This document shows positions 17,357 to 28,381 of a stretch of DNA of 64,000 nt, piece after piece (positions within the stretch are counted from its first letter, which is position 1; every line of letters begins with the position of its first letter). The DNA comes from Planctomycetota bacterium. GTDB lineage: Bacteria > Planctomycetota > UBA1135 > UBA2386. The position numbers and the translations under genes are program-made. Location: NCBI GenBank assembly GCA_016872675.1, contig VGZG01000001.1:77182-141181 (forward strand), read 5' to 3'. The notes under the pieces were generated by a model. That model did no database searches. It was not told where the DNA came from and saw only the letters and a program-made list of their open reading frames with translations.

Positions 17357-19969
17357 TCAGCGGCCGGCGCCGAGCAGTTCCTCGGCGGTCCACGGTTCGA
17401 CGCGGTCCTTGTGGCGCGCGCGGATCGCGGCGACGGCGGCGGCGTCGGGCACGCTCTGGCGATGGCCGAAGGCGCGGCGCACGTAGCCGACGATGGCGGC
17501 GACGTCGGCGTCGCTCAACTGCCGCTGGGCTGGCATCTCCAGCGTCCACGTCGTGCCGTTCACCGCGACCGGGCCGCGCATGCCGTGCGCGACGATGCGC
17601 ACGATGCGGTCGATCGGCCCGGTCGCCCACTCGGAGTCGCGCAGCGCCGGCGCCAGGCCCTGCATGCCGCCGCCGTCGAGTTGGTGGCAGGCGGCGCACG
17701 CGCGCGCGAACAGCGCCTCGCCGGCGCGCACGCGCTGCGCTTCGTCAACGGTCAACTGCGCGACCTCGCCGGGCGCGACGACGCCGTCGACGGCGATCGC
17801 CGCGAGCAGTTCGCGCGCGGCGGCGGCGGTCGGCGCGTCGTCGACCCCGACGAGCGCCACCAGCGCCGACGGCGCCTGCGGCAGCCGCAGCCAGCCAATG
17901 CGCGCTTCGCCCTTGGGCAGCGCCTCGACCGCGCCCTGCAGAACGGCGCGGCGCAGCGCCGGCGTGGCGAGTTCCTGCGCCAGCGCGAACAGCGCCTGCT
18001 GGCCGGCGGCGAGCCGCGCCTTCGTGCCGCGGGCCGCGAGGTCGCTAAGCCACGGGCTGCGCGCCTTGTCCTCGCCCGGCTGCGCCACCGCCGCGCGCAG
18101 CGCGTCGGCGAGGTCGTCGCGCGCCGCCGCCGCGACCGCGGCGCGCAACCCGGCGTCGCCGCCGTGCTGCGCCAGCATGCGCGCCAGCAGGTCGACGCGG
18201 CGTGAGCGCGAGCGCGCGGCGTCCTTGCCGTGCGCGACGTCGGCGAGCGCCAGCGCGACGTGCCAGCGCACGCTCGGCGTCGGACCGAGGCCGTGCTGTT
18301 CGGCGGCGAGCCAGACCATGCGGTCCTCGGCGGCGAGAAACGCGCTGGCGCGGCCGAGGCCGAACGCCACCACGCCGGCGTCGGCGTCGCGCAGCGCCGC
18401 GCGCGCGTCGGCGGCGACGAAGCCGTCCAGCCCGTCGACCGCCGACCACGCCGCGAGACGCACGGTTGGCCGCGCGTGCTCTTTCGCCAGTTGCCGCAGC
18501 GCCGGCACGACCGAACGCTCGTCGCGCTGGATCAGTTCGCGCAGCGCGACGTCGCGCACCGCCCCATTGCCGTCCTGCAGCGCTTCGACGAGCTGCTCGG
18601 CGGCGACGTCGTGCAGACTTCGGACCGGCGGCACGTTCGCGCGGGCCGCCACGTCGTGGCCGGCCCGCGCGCGGTCACTGCCTTCGTTCGCCGCCGCCGT
18701 GCGCTCTTCGCCGATCGGCGCGATGCGCCAGATACGGCCGAGCCCCACCGGCTGCGCGAGCTGGCGCTGCTCGATCTGCGTACGCAGCCAACTGGTGACG
18801 AAGTTCTTGTGCTGGATGACGCCGCGGTACATGTCGACGACGTACAGCGCGCCGTCGAGGCCCGTGGTCAGGCAAACCGGCCGGAAGCGTTCGTCGGTCG
18901 AGGTCAGGAATTCGCCGCGCTCGGCCTCGTAGACGTTGGCGCCGGCCAGCAGGCCGTCGTGGTCGCGCAGCCGCACCCGCCGCACGACGTTGCCGGCTGG
19001 CTCGCAGACGAACACGTCGCCGTCGCAGTCGGGCAGCAGGCCGCCGCGGTAGACGTGCGGCGAGCAGACGGCCGTGTGGATCGCCAGTTTGTGGTCGACG
19101 AGTCGGCCGGGCTGGTAGCCGCGGTTGACGCCCGGCGTGATGCGCGCCGGCCAGACCGTGCGGCCGGCGACGACGCGGTGGTTGTGCTGCGGCAGACCGC
19201 CGATCGCGCGGGCCAGCGGCCCGTAGCGACCAGGCACGAGGTCGCAGCGCAGCCAGTCCTCGTTGTAATTGAAGAACAGCCGGCCGCGGTCGTCGTGAGC
19301 GATGCCCCACTGGCCGCCGCCAGCGCCCGGCTCGACGACGAAGCCCGCCTTCGTCCAGCGCACCATGCGCGCGTCGTTGGCGAGGTGGATGCGGTGGTCG
19401 AAGCTCCATAGCAGGCCGTTGCCGGAGTGCTCGGGGTTGTCGAGGCCGGCCTCGAAGCCGCCCATCACGACCGTGCGGCCGTCGGCGACGCCGTCGCCGT
19501 CGGCGTCGGGCAGCCACAGCAGTTCGGGCGGCGCGACCACCAATGCCCCACCGCGCAGCGGCAAGGCCGCGCGCGGCTGCACGAGTCCGTCCGCGAACAC
19601 GCGCGAACGCTCGGCGGCGCCGTCGCCGTCGTCGTCGTGCAGCACGACGATGCGGCCGGTCGGCGCGTTCTCGCCGGTGGCGTCGAGGTCGTTCATGTAG
19701 CCGCGCATCTCGACGACCCACAGGCGGCCGTGCGCGTCAACCTGGGCGGCGACTGGATCGGCGACGAACGGCTCGCCGGCGAACAACTGCACCGTGAAGC
19801 CGGCGGGCACGCGCAACGTCGCCTGCTCGTCGGCCCACGATTTCGGCGCGGCATCCGGCACGACGAGGTCTTTGGGCAGCGGCGTCTGCGCTTCCCCCGG
19901 CCGGTCGCCCTTCTGCGCCAGCAGCGGCGCGCAGCACAGGCCGAGGGCGAGCAGTCGGACGAGCGTCAT
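17357..19969 (-). CDS. PVC-type haem-binding CxxCH protein (membrane-bound dehydrogenase-like beta-propeller + HEAT repeats + C-terminal cytochrome c domain)
   Basis: Start ATG 19969 (MTLVRLLALGLCCAPLLAQ, signal peptide). N-terminal block FAGEPFVADPVAAQVDAHGRLWVVEM, HEAT-like middle, C-terminal CAACHQLDGGG haem motif. Architecture is typical of Planctomycetes/Verrucomicrobia. Confidence 0.85.
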   Translation of the reverse strand: MTLVRLLALGLCCAPLLAQKGDRPGEAQTPLPKDLVVPDAAPKSWADEQATLRVPAGFTVQLFAGEPFVADPVAAQVDAHGRLWVVEMRGYMNDLDATGENAPTGRIVVLHDDDGDGAAERSRVFADGLVQPRAALPLRGGALVVAPPELLWLPDADGDGVADGRTVVMGGFEAGLDNPEHSGNGLLWSFDHRIHLANDARMVRWTKAGFVVEPGAGGGQWGIAHDDRGRLFFNYNEDWLRCDLVPGRYGPLARAIGGLPQHNHRVVAGRTVWPARITPGVNRGYQPGRLVDHKLAIHTAVCSPHVYRGGLLPDCDGDVFVCEPAGNVVRRVRLRDHDGLLAGANVYEAERGEFLTSTDERFRPVCLTTGLDGALYVVDMYRGVIQHKNFVTSWLRTQIEQRQLAQPVGLGRIWRIAPIGEERTAAANEGSDRARAGHDVAARANVPPVRSLHDVAAEQLVEALQDGNGAVRDVALRELIQRDERSVVPALRQLAKEHARPTVRLAAWSAVDGLDGFVAADARAALRDADAGVVAFGLGRASAFLAAEDRMVWLAAEQHGLGPTPSVRWHVALALADVAHGKDAARSRSRRVDLLARMLAQHGGDAGLRAAVAAAARDDLADALRAAVAQPGEDKARSPWLSDLAARGTKARLAAGQQALFALAQELATPALRRAVLQGAVEALPKGEARIGWLRLPQAPSALVALVGVDDAPTAAAARELLAAIAVDGVVAPGEVAQLTVDEAQRVRAGEALFARACAACHQLDGGGMQGLAPALRDSEWATGPIDRIVRIVAHGMRGPVAVNGTTWTLEMPAQRQLSDADVAAIVGYVRRAFGHRQSVPDAAAVAAIRARHKDRVEPWTAEELLGAGR

Positions 19970-20140
19970 GGTCGCCCTCCGTACGGCCTGCCTACCCGCC
20001 TGCCAATGACCCCTGCCGAAAGCAGTTGCGGCCAAGTCGGGCGAAACGCCCGTATTTTCAAGCCGCGCGCGGATCGGGCCGATCCCAAGGGCACGCCGGC
20101 GTCCCGGCGCCAACAAGAGCAAGACCCCCCACAGCGAACG

Positions 20141-20719
20141 ATGGCCAAGATCCCCGACAAGCAGGGCGTGTTCTTCGAACTGGATGGCGTGCTGATGGAG
20201 CGCGCCAAACTGCGCGACGACGGCTCGATCCCGTTCCTGCCCGGCGCCCTGGAGGCGCTCGGCCGCATCGACCCAGACTGCTTCAAGTTGTTCGTCGCGA
20301 CCAGCCGCCTGGACATCGCCTTCGGCGAGGTGAGGGAGAAGGACTTCACCCGCTTCTGCGAGGCGTTCCTGCAGCGCATGCAGGACCAGCGCATCCTGAT
20401 CGCCAAGATCTATTCGTGCCCCTACCACCCCAAGGGCAAGGGCCGTTTCCGCCGCGAGAGCGTGTTCCGCAAGCCGGGACCGGGCATCTTCAAGATGGCG
20501 CAGCAGGAGTTCGACCTGAACCTCAACCGCTGCTGGATGATCGGCCACACGACGGCGGACATCCTCGCCGCCCAGCGCGCCGAAGTCGGCACGATCCTGG
20601 TGCGCACCGGCAAGGGCGGCCAGGACGGCGAGTTCACCGTCGAGCCGCACTTCACCGAGGACGGTTTCGCCGACGCGGTCGCGCGCGTGAAGCAGTTCGA
20701 GCTGGCGCTGCGCTGCTGA
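20141..20719 (+). CDS. HAD-IIIA family hydrolase, GmhB/histidinol-phosphatase-like, with a substituted nucleophile motif
   Basis: Start ATG 20141. Co-linear with GmhB (…CPYHPKG…FRKPGPGI…VRTGKGG). Motif I is FFELDGV instead of F-L-D-R-D-G-T. Motif IV is GHTTAD instead of GD...D. Confidence 0.78.
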   Translation: MAKIPDKQGVFFELDGVLMERAKLRDDGSIPFLPGALEALGRIDPDCFKLFVATSRLDIAFGEVREKDFTRFCEAFLQRMQDQRILIAKIYSCPYHPKGKGRFRRESVFRKPGPGIFKMAQQEFDLNLNRCWMIGHTTADILAAQRAEVGTILVRTGKGGQDGEFTVEPHFTEDGFADAVARVKQFELALRC

Positions 20720-20743
20720 GCGCGCGGCGCGAACGGCCGGCGC

Positions 20744-21985
20744 TCAACTGGCGAGCGCCGCGACGCCCGGGAGCGTCTTGCCCTCGAGCAGTTCGAGCGA
20801 GGCGCCGCCGCCCGTCGAGACGTGCGACAGCTGGCCGGTGACGCCGGTCTTCTCGGCCGCCGCGACCGAGTCGCCGCCGCCGACGACGGTGAACGCGCCT
20901 GAACTGGCGACCGCCTTGGCCACCGCCTCGGTGCCCTTGCAGAACGCGTCCATCTCGAAAACGCCCATCGGGCCGTTCCAAACCACCGTCCTGGCCGAAC
21001 GCAGCGCGGCGACGTAGTCGGCGACGGTGCGCGGGCCGATGTCGAGGCCCATCAAGCCGTCGGGGATGCGGTCGTGCACGCTCGCCGGGCTGTCGGCCTT
21101 GAACTCGGCGGCGCAGACGTGGTCGACCGGCAGCAGGATGCGCTTGCCGGCGGCCTTGGCCTGGGCCAGCACCCTGCCGGCGGCCGCGACGAGGTCGCGT
21201 TCGACCAGCGACGTGCCGACCGGCAGGCCCTGCTGTGCTAGGAACGTGTACGCCATCGCGCCGCCGATGATCAGCGTGTCGACCTTGGGCAGCAGGTTCT
21301 CGATGACGGGCAGCTTGTCGCTGACCTTGGCGCCGCCGAGGATCGCGACGAACGGCCGCGCCGGGCTCTGCAGCACCTTGGCGAACGCGTCGAGTTCCTG
21401 CTGCATCAGGAAGCCGGCCGCGCACGGCATGCCAACGAGCCCGCTGACCGAGCTGTGGGCGCGGTGCGCCGTGCCGAAGGCGTCGTTGACGTAGACGTCG
21501 CCGAGCCGGCGCAGGCTCGCGCGGAAGGCGTCGATCGCCGCCGGCTCGGCCTTGCGGCTCGTCGTCGTGCCGTCCTTCGCCTTGACCTTGACCTTGCCTT
21601 CCTCTTCCAGGTGGAAGCGCACGTTCTCCAGCAGCACGACGCTGCCCGGCGCCAGCCTGCCCGGCGCGCAGGCAACCTCGACGGCTGGCCCGACGCAGTC
21701 GTCGAGGAACGTCACCGGCCGGCCCAGCAGCCGCTGCAACTCGGCGGCGACCGGGCGCAGCGAGAACTTCTCGACCCGCTGGCCGTCCGGCCGACCGAGA
21801 TGCGACATCAGCACGACCGCGGCGCCCTGGTCGAGCGCAAAGCGGATCGTCGGCAGCGCCGCGGCGATGCGCTGGTTGTTGGTGATCGCGAGCGTCGCCT
21901 TGTCCTGCGGCACGTTGAAGTCGACGCGCATCAGCACGCGCTTGCCGGCGAGCGGCAGGTCGCGCAGGGTCTTGAAACCGGCCAT
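20744..21985 (-). CDS. pgk: Phosphoglycerate kinase
   Basis: Full-length match to the Pgk pattern ([28 protein letters not shown]...TGGGASLE). Downstream of gap. Confidence 0.97.
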   Translation of the reverse strand: MAGFKTLRDLPLAGKRVLMRVDFNVPQDKATLAITNNQRIAAALPTIRFALDQGAAVVLMSHLGRPDGQRVEKFSLRPVAAELQRLLGRPVTFLDDCVGPAVEVACAPGRLAPGSVVLLENVRFHLEEEGKVKVKAKDGTTTSRKAEPAAIDAFRASLRRLGDVYVNDAFGTAHRAHSSVSGLVGMPCAAGFLMQQELDAFAKVLQSPARPFVAILGGAKVSDKLPVIENLLPKVDTLIIGGAMAYTFLAQQGLPVGTSLVERDLVAAAGRVLAQAKAAGKRILLPVDHVCAAEFKADSPASVHDRIPDGLMGLDIGPRTVADYVAALRSARTVVWNGPMGVFEMDAFCKGTEAVAKAVASSGAFTVVGGGDSVAAAEKTGVTGQLSHVSTGGGASLELLEGKTLPGVAALAS

Positions 21986-21995
21986 CGCGCGCTCC

Positions 21996-23048
<1,053 letters not shown>

Positions 23049-23119
23049 TTATTCTCCTTGAGTGTTGGGCTGCGCGGACGTTTGGGCCGAGCAGTCTAGC
23101 GACGCTTCAGCCCCGGCCA

Positions 23120-24547
23120 ATGGACAGTTTTCGCCGCCTGCTCGACAGCACCGTCCGGTGCCTTTGCCGCTTCGAGAATCTCGGCGCCGACCGGCCCGTG
23201 CTGGCGGCGGTTTCGGGCGGCGTCGACAGCACCGTGCTGCTGCTGGCGCTGGCGCGGTTGCGCGACGAGGGCCGCCTGCCGGGGCCGCTGCGCGCCGTGC
23301 ACGTCGACCATGCGGTCCGCAGCGACAGCCACGCCAACGCCGCGCACGTCGTCGACCAGTGCAACCGCCTCGCCGTGCCGGTGACCGTGCGGCGACTCCC
23401 CGAATGGCAGGTCCGCGCCAGCGAGGACGCGCTGCGGCAGGCCCGCTACGACGCCCTGCTCGCCGTCGCGAGCGACCACGGCGCCGGCCTGCTGCTGACC
23501 GGCCATCACGCCGACGACAATCTCGAGACCGTGCTGTTCCGCATGCTGCGCGGCACCGGGCCGCGCGGCCTCGCCGGCATTCCGGAGGCGCGCTGGCTCG
23601 GCGCCGGCGCGCAACGCGTGCTGCTGGTGCGGCCGTTCCTGCGCTGCCGCCGCAGCACGCTCGAATGCGTGCTGCGCGACCTCGGCGTGACGGCCTACGA
23701 GGACAGCACCAACCTCGACCCCGGCTACGCCCGCAACGAACTGCGGCTCGAGACGATCCCCGCGTTGCGGCGCACGCTCGGCCTCACCCTCGACGTCGCG
23801 CTGATGACCGTCGCCAGCGCCGCGCGCGCCGCCAACGAGATCGTCGAAGCGCAAGGCCGCCGCATTCTTTGCGAGCGCGCGCGCACCAAGACCGCGTGGC
23901 GCTGCGAACTCGACCTGCGCGGGCTCGAGGCCAGCGACGCGCCGTTCGTCCGCGACGCGCTGCGGCAGGCGCACGAGTCGCTGCATGCGGCCGCCGGGGC
24001 GCCGGCGTCGGCGTGGCTGGACCGCGCGATGGCGCTGCTGCGCGCCCCCGACGGCACGCGCCTCGCCGGCCGCGGCGGCCTGCTGGCCGAACGCACCCGC
24101 GACGGCCTCCTGCTCGTCGATCCCGCGCGCGCCGGCGCGCCGGCCGCGGCGGCCGTCGGCTTCACGTGGGACGCCGGTCCGCAGCGCTTCGGCGCGACGG
24201 AGTGGTCGCTGGAGGCCTACGAGCATCCGCTGCCGCCGCTGTCGCCGTCGCCGCGCGAAGCCGGGCGCTGCCGCGCGTTGCTCGACCCGCGCACCGCGCC
24301 GCTGCCGTGGCGCTTGCGCGCGCGGCGCCCCGGCGATCGCTTCCATCCGCTCGGCGCGACGCACGACACCGAGCTGCGCCGCTTCATGCAGGGCCGTCAC
24401 CTGCCGCGCTTCGACCGCGACCGCCTGCCGCTGCTCGTCGACGGCGACGACCGCGTGTTGTGGGTCCCTGGCGGCGAGATCAGCGACGCCGTGCGCCTGC
24501 AGCTCAATACGCGCCGCTGCGTCGAAGTTATTGCGCGCTGCGGTTGA
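23120..24547 (+). CDS. tilS: tRNA(Ile)-lysidine synthetase
   Basis: PP-loop VLAAVSGGVDSTVLL, TGHHADDNLETVL block, and a C-terminal TilS substrate-binding region (RRPGDRFHPLG). Confidence 0.9.
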   Translation: MDSFRRLLDSTVRCLCRFENLGADRPVLAAVSGGVDSTVLLLALARLRDEGRLPGPLRAVHVDHAVRSDSHANAAHVVDQCNRLAVPVTVRRLPEWQVRASEDALRQARYDALLAVASDHGAGLLLTGHHADDNLETVLFRMLRGTGPRGLAGIPEARWLGAGAQRVLLVRPFLRCRRSTLECVLRDLGVTAYEDSTNLDPGYARNELRLETIPALRRTLGLTLDVALMTVASAARAANEIVEAQGRRILCERARTKTAWRCELDLRGLEASDAPFVRDALRQAHESLHAAAGAPASAWLDRAMALLRAPDGTRLAGRGGLLAERTRDGLLLVDPARAGAPAAAAVGFTWDAGPQRFGATEWSLEAYEHPLPPLSPSPREAGRCRALLDPRTAPLPWRLRARRPGDRFHPLGATHDTELRRFMQGRHLPRFDRDRLPLLVDGDDRVLWVPGGEISDAVRLQLNTRRCVEVIARCG

Positions 24548-24571
24548 CGCGCGCGCAGCTAAGCTGCAGCG

Positions 24572-25600
24572 ATGCCATTCGCTCGCCATGTCCTCGCCGT
24601 GCTCGCCACAGCGCTTTCCGCCGCCATCGCCGACGCGCAGAAGCAGCCGATCCTGAGAGTCTTCCTGCTCGCCGGCCAATCCAACATGGAAGGGCACGGC
24701 GTCGTCGACCTCGACGATGCGCGTGACTACAACGGCGGCAAGGGCACGCTGGCGCGCTTCCTTGCCGACCCCGCGATCGCAGCGCAGTGGCCGGAGCTGC
24801 GGCGGCCCGACGGCGGCTGGCACGTGCGCGACAACGTGTTCGTGCGCTACGCCACCGAGCACGGCACGGTGAAGGCCGGGCCGCTGTCGGTTGGCTTCGG
24901 CGTCTACGACGGCCCCCACCACATCGGCCCCGAACTCGGCCTCGGCCGCCAACTCGGCCGCCGCTGGCAGAATCCCGTGCTGCTGGTGAAGACCGCGTGG
25001 GGCGGCAAGAGCCTCGCCGTCGACTTCCGGTCGCCGGGCGCTGGCGGCGCGGTCGGGCCGTTCTACACCCGCATGCTGGCCGACTACCGCGCGGCGCTGG
25101 CGGCGCTGCCGCGCGAGTTCCCGCAGCTCGCCGCCGACTGCGACCCCGACCTGCAGGGCGTCGTCTGGTTCCAGGGCTGGAACGACGGCTGCGACGCGGC
25201 GGCGGCGGCGGCGTACCGCGAGAACCTCGTGCAGCTGATCCTCGACGTTCGCGCCGAGTTCGGCGACGACACGCTGCCGTTCGTCGTCGGCGAGACCGGC
25301 AACATGGACAACGCGACGCTGCGCGCTGGCCAGCGCGACGGCTGCGCCGATCCGCGCGTCGGTCCGTACGTGCGCTTCGTGCCGACCCGCGACTTCCTAC
25401 GCCGGCCCGAGGACTCGCCGAACACCGGCCACGGCCACCACTGGTTCGGCAACGGCGAGAGCTACCTGCGCATCGGCGACGCGCTCGGCGCGGCGATGGG
25501 CGAACTCGTCGACCAGCGCTTCGCGTGGGGCGCAGCGCGGCAACGCGCCGAGCAGGGCAAGCAGGCGCGCGGCCGCGCGACGGAACGCGCCGGGCGCTGA
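24572..25600 (+). CDS. Sialate O-acetylesterase-like (SASA/DUF303, SGNH-type) carbohydrate esterase, secreted
   Basis: Signal peptide, then VFLLAGQSNMEGHG (GQSNM catalytic-Ser block), WFQGWND, GHGHHWF. Confidence 0.78.
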   Translation: MPFARHVLAVLATALSAAIADAQKQPILRVFLLAGQSNMEGHGVVDLDDARDYNGGKGTLARFLADPAIAAQWPELRRPDGGWHVRDNVFVRYATEHGTVKAGPLSVGFGVYDGPHHIGPELGLGRQLGRRWQNPVLLVKTAWGGKSLAVDFRSPGAGGAVGPFYTRMLADYRAALAALPREFPQLAADCDPDLQGVVWFQGWNDGCDAAAAAAYRENLVQLILDVRAEFGDDTLPFVVGETGNMDNATLRAGQRDGCADPRVGPYVRFVPTRDFLRRPEDSPNTGHGHHWFGNGESYLRIGDALGAAMGELVDQRFAWGAARQRAEQGKQARGRATERAGR

Positions 25601-25681
25601 GCCGAGCCTCGCGGCGCGGCGGTCGTACTGTCATACTGACGGCGTCCGTCCCCCCACCGACCCAGAACCGCCCCGGACCCC

Positions 25682-28300
25682 TTGCGCCTCATCGTCGAGA
25701 ACGGCCCCCTCGCAGGCACCGTCATCGCGCTCGACCGCGACCGCGCCACCACGATCGGCACCGCGCCGGACTGCAGCCTGCGCATCGCCGAGCCCGGCGT
25801 CGCGCCGCAGCAGGCGGTGGTCAAGGCGCTCAAGGACCAGGGCTTCGGCGTCAAGGCGCTCGCGCCCGGCGTGCGCCGCAACGGCCGCGAGGTCGAAGTG
25901 GCCGCGCTCGCCGAGGGCGACGTGCTGGAGGTCGGCACGACGCGCATCGTGTTCGGCGCCCCGCAGGCGGCACCCGCGAACGAGCTGCCCGAGATCCCCG
26001 GCTACCGCATCCTCGGCCAGTTGGGTCGCGGCGGCATGGGCATGGTCTACCGCGCCGAGCAGACGAGCCTGCACCGGCAGGTCGCGCTCAAGGTGCTCAA
26101 CCGCGAGCTGACCAAGGACCCGGCCTTCGTCGGCAAGTTCGTCGCCGAGGCGCGCGCCGCCGCCAAGCTGCAGCACCCCAACGTCGTGCAGGTCTTCGAC
26201 GTCGCCAACGCCGACGAGACCTACTTCTACGCGATGGAGCTGATGCACGACGGCTCGCTGGAAGGCTGGCTGAAGAAGAACGGCGCCATGCCGGAGGAAC
26301 GCGCGCTGCAGGTCGTCGCCGACGCCGCGGCCGGCCTCGCGTTCGCCGAGTCGCTGCGGCTCGTGCACCGCGACATCAAGCCCGACAATCTGATGCTCGA
26401 CCAGCACGGCACGGTCAAGATCGTCGACCTCGGCCTCGCCGGCGCGACGTCGGAGGCCGAGGAGATGGCCGTCGGCACGCCGCACTTCATGGCGCCCGAA
26501 CAGGTGCTGAAGCAGCCGGTCGACCATCGCACCGACCTGTACGCGCTCGGCTGCACGTTCTACCGCCTGGTGACCGGCAAGACGCCATTCCGCGGCCAGA
26601 CGGTCAAGGACATCCTGCGCGCGCAGGTGAAGGACGAGGCCGAGCCGGCGAACAAGGCCAACCCGGCCGTCAGCGCCGAGACGACGGCCATCATCCAGAA
26701 GCTGATGGCGAAGGAGCCGCAGGCGCGCTTCCAGTCGGCCACCGAGCTGCAGGAAGCGGTGCAGACGCTGCTGCAGCCGCCGGCGAAGAAGGGCCTGTGG
26801 ATCGGCCTCGCCGCCGCCGCCGCTCTGGTCGCCGGCGGCGCGATCTGGTGGGCCGCGACCAAGCCGATCGACACAAAGATCATCGAGAAGGTCTACGACG
26901 ACCCCGAGAAGCAGCAGTTCGCCGACGAGATCAAGGCGCTCAAGAAAGAACGCCGCACCGACAAGGCGACGATCGCGCTGCTGACGGCGCAGGCGGCCGG
27001 CGGCGCTGGCGAGGAACTGGCCAGGGCTCTCGACGAGGTTGCCGCGGCGCACCCCGATACGCCAGCCGGCGACGAGGCCAAGCAACGCGCCGAACACGTC
27101 CGCGGCGCGATCACCGCTGCCGCGCAGCGCCGCGAGCAGTTGCGCCAGCGCATCGCAGCACACGCGGCGAAGGTGCAGCAGGCAGCAGAAGCGCTACAGC
27201 AGGCCGGCGACTTCGGGGCTGCCATGCGCGCGGTCGACGCGCCTGCGCCCGAAGACATTGCCGGCGAGGACGACTGGCGCGCGCGCCACGTGGCGCTGCG
27301 CAACGCCGTGCTCGCCGCCGCGCGCGCCAACCTCAAGGGCTTCGTCGACGCCGCGCAGGCCGCGGCCGCCGGCGGCGACGAAGCGGCGGTTGCCGCCGCC
27401 GCCGCCGCGCTCGACCAGGCGATCACCGCCAACGGCAAGTGGCCGCTCGCGCTCGCCGATGACCTACAGGCCGCGCGCAAGGTCCTCGCCAGCGTCGGCG
27501 ACGCCGCCACGGAACTCGCCAGGGCGCGCGCCGAGGCGGTTTGGACGCAGTACCGCGACCTCTGCAACGGCCCGCAGGGCGTGCGCGCCGCCGTGGCGCG
27601 CGGCGACTTCGCGGCGGCGCTCGCGGCGGCGACGGCGTTCGCCGCCACCGCGCCGGCGACGCCGGCCGCAGCGCGCGCCAACGCGCTCGCCGCCGCGCTC
27701 GAGCGCGCCGACGGCTTCGCCCGCGCGCTCGACAAGGCGATCGCGGCCAACGCGATCACGATCGCGGCGCCGGCCCCGGTCGCCGCGAACGGGCCGGCGA
27801 ACGGCGCGACGACGACGCTCCAGGCGACGCGCTGGGATCGCGCGACCAACCAGCTGTTCGCCGTCGATCCGGCGCGCCGCTCGGCGAAGGAACAGGCGCT
27901 GCCGCTGTCCGATCCCGCCGCCTGGTTCGCGCTCGCCGACCAGGTCGCTGACGCCGAGACCGGCGCGCGCGAGTGCCTGCTCGGCTTCGTGCTGTTGGCC
28001 CGCCACGCCGACGTCGCGCAGGCGTTCCTCGGCCGGCTGAAGGCCGACGACGATGCGTCCGGCACCGGCGCATTTGGCTACCCACTCACCTCCGGCACGT
28101 TCGAGTTGCTGCTGCGGCGCTTGCCCGAACAGGACGCGGCGCCGTGGGCGCAGAGCCTGCGGCAAGAACTCGCCGCCGGCCAACGGCTCGCCGCCGGCCT
28201 GCGCGCGCTGTCCGAGCGCCGCAACGTCGCGGCCGCCGGCCACCTCGGCAAGCTGTTCGCCGACCATCCGCACAGCCTCGTCGTCGCCGTGCTGCCGTGA
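25682..28300 (+). CDS. FHA-domain Ser/Thr protein kinase with TM segment and long Ala-rich extracytoplasmic region
   Basis: TTG start. N-terminal FHA (LIVENGPLAGTVIALDRDRATTIG...VRRNGREV). Hanks kinase motifs: GRGGMGMVY, VALK, HRDIKPDNLML, DLGLA, GTPHFMAPE. TM helix GLWIGLAAAAALVAGGAIWWA. Confidence 0.9.
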   Translation: MRLIVENGPLAGTVIALDRDRATTIGTAPDCSLRIAEPGVAPQQAVVKALKDQGFGVKALAPGVRRNGREVEVAALAEGDVLEVGTTRIVFGAPQAAPANELPEIPGYRILGQLGRGGMGMVYRAEQTSLHRQVALKVLNRELTKDPAFVGKFVAEARAAAKLQHPNVVQVFDVANADETYFYAMELMHDGSLEGWLKKNGAMPEERALQVVADAAAGLAFAESLRLVHRDIKPDNLMLDQHGTVKIVDLGLAGATSEAEEMAVGTPHFMAPEQVLKQPVDHRTDLYALGCTFYRLVTGKTPFRGQTVKDILRAQVKDEAEPANKANPAVSAETTAIIQKLMAKEPQARFQSATELQEAVQTLLQPPAKKGLWIGLAAAAALVAGGAIWWAATKPIDTKIIEKVYDDPEKQQFADEIKALKKERRTDKATIALLTAQAAGGAGEELARALDEVAAAHPDTPAGDEAKQRAEHVRGAITAAAQRREQLRQRIAAHAAKVQQAAEALQQAGDFGAAMRAVDAPAPEDIAGEDDWRARHVALRNAVLAAARANLKGFVDAAQAAAAGGDEAAVAAAAAALDQAITANGKWPLALADDLQAARKVLASVGDAATELARARAEAVWTQYRDLCNGPQGVRAAVARGDFAAALAAATAFAATAPATPAAARANALAAALERADGFARALDKAIAANAITIAAPAPVAANGPANGATTTLQATRWDRATNQLFAVDPARRSAKEQALPLSDPAAWFALADQVADAETGARECLLGFVLLARHADVAQAFLGRLKADDDASGTGAFGYPLTSGTFELLLRRLPEQDAAPWAQSLRQELAAGQRLAAGLRALSERRNVAAAGHLGKLFADHPHSLVVAVLP

Positions 28301-28381
28301 CGGTGGCGGCGCAGGCCGCGGCCGACGGCGTGCGCTTCGCGGTCAAAGTCGTGCCGGATGCGGCGCGCAGTCGCGGCGACG

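Noticed and set aside
24787-27462. 891-aa plus-strand ORF spanning the esterase and kinase genes
   Set aside because: It is out of frame with two motif-bearing genes (GQSNM esterase, Hanks kinase). Its composition is R/A/G/P-rich.
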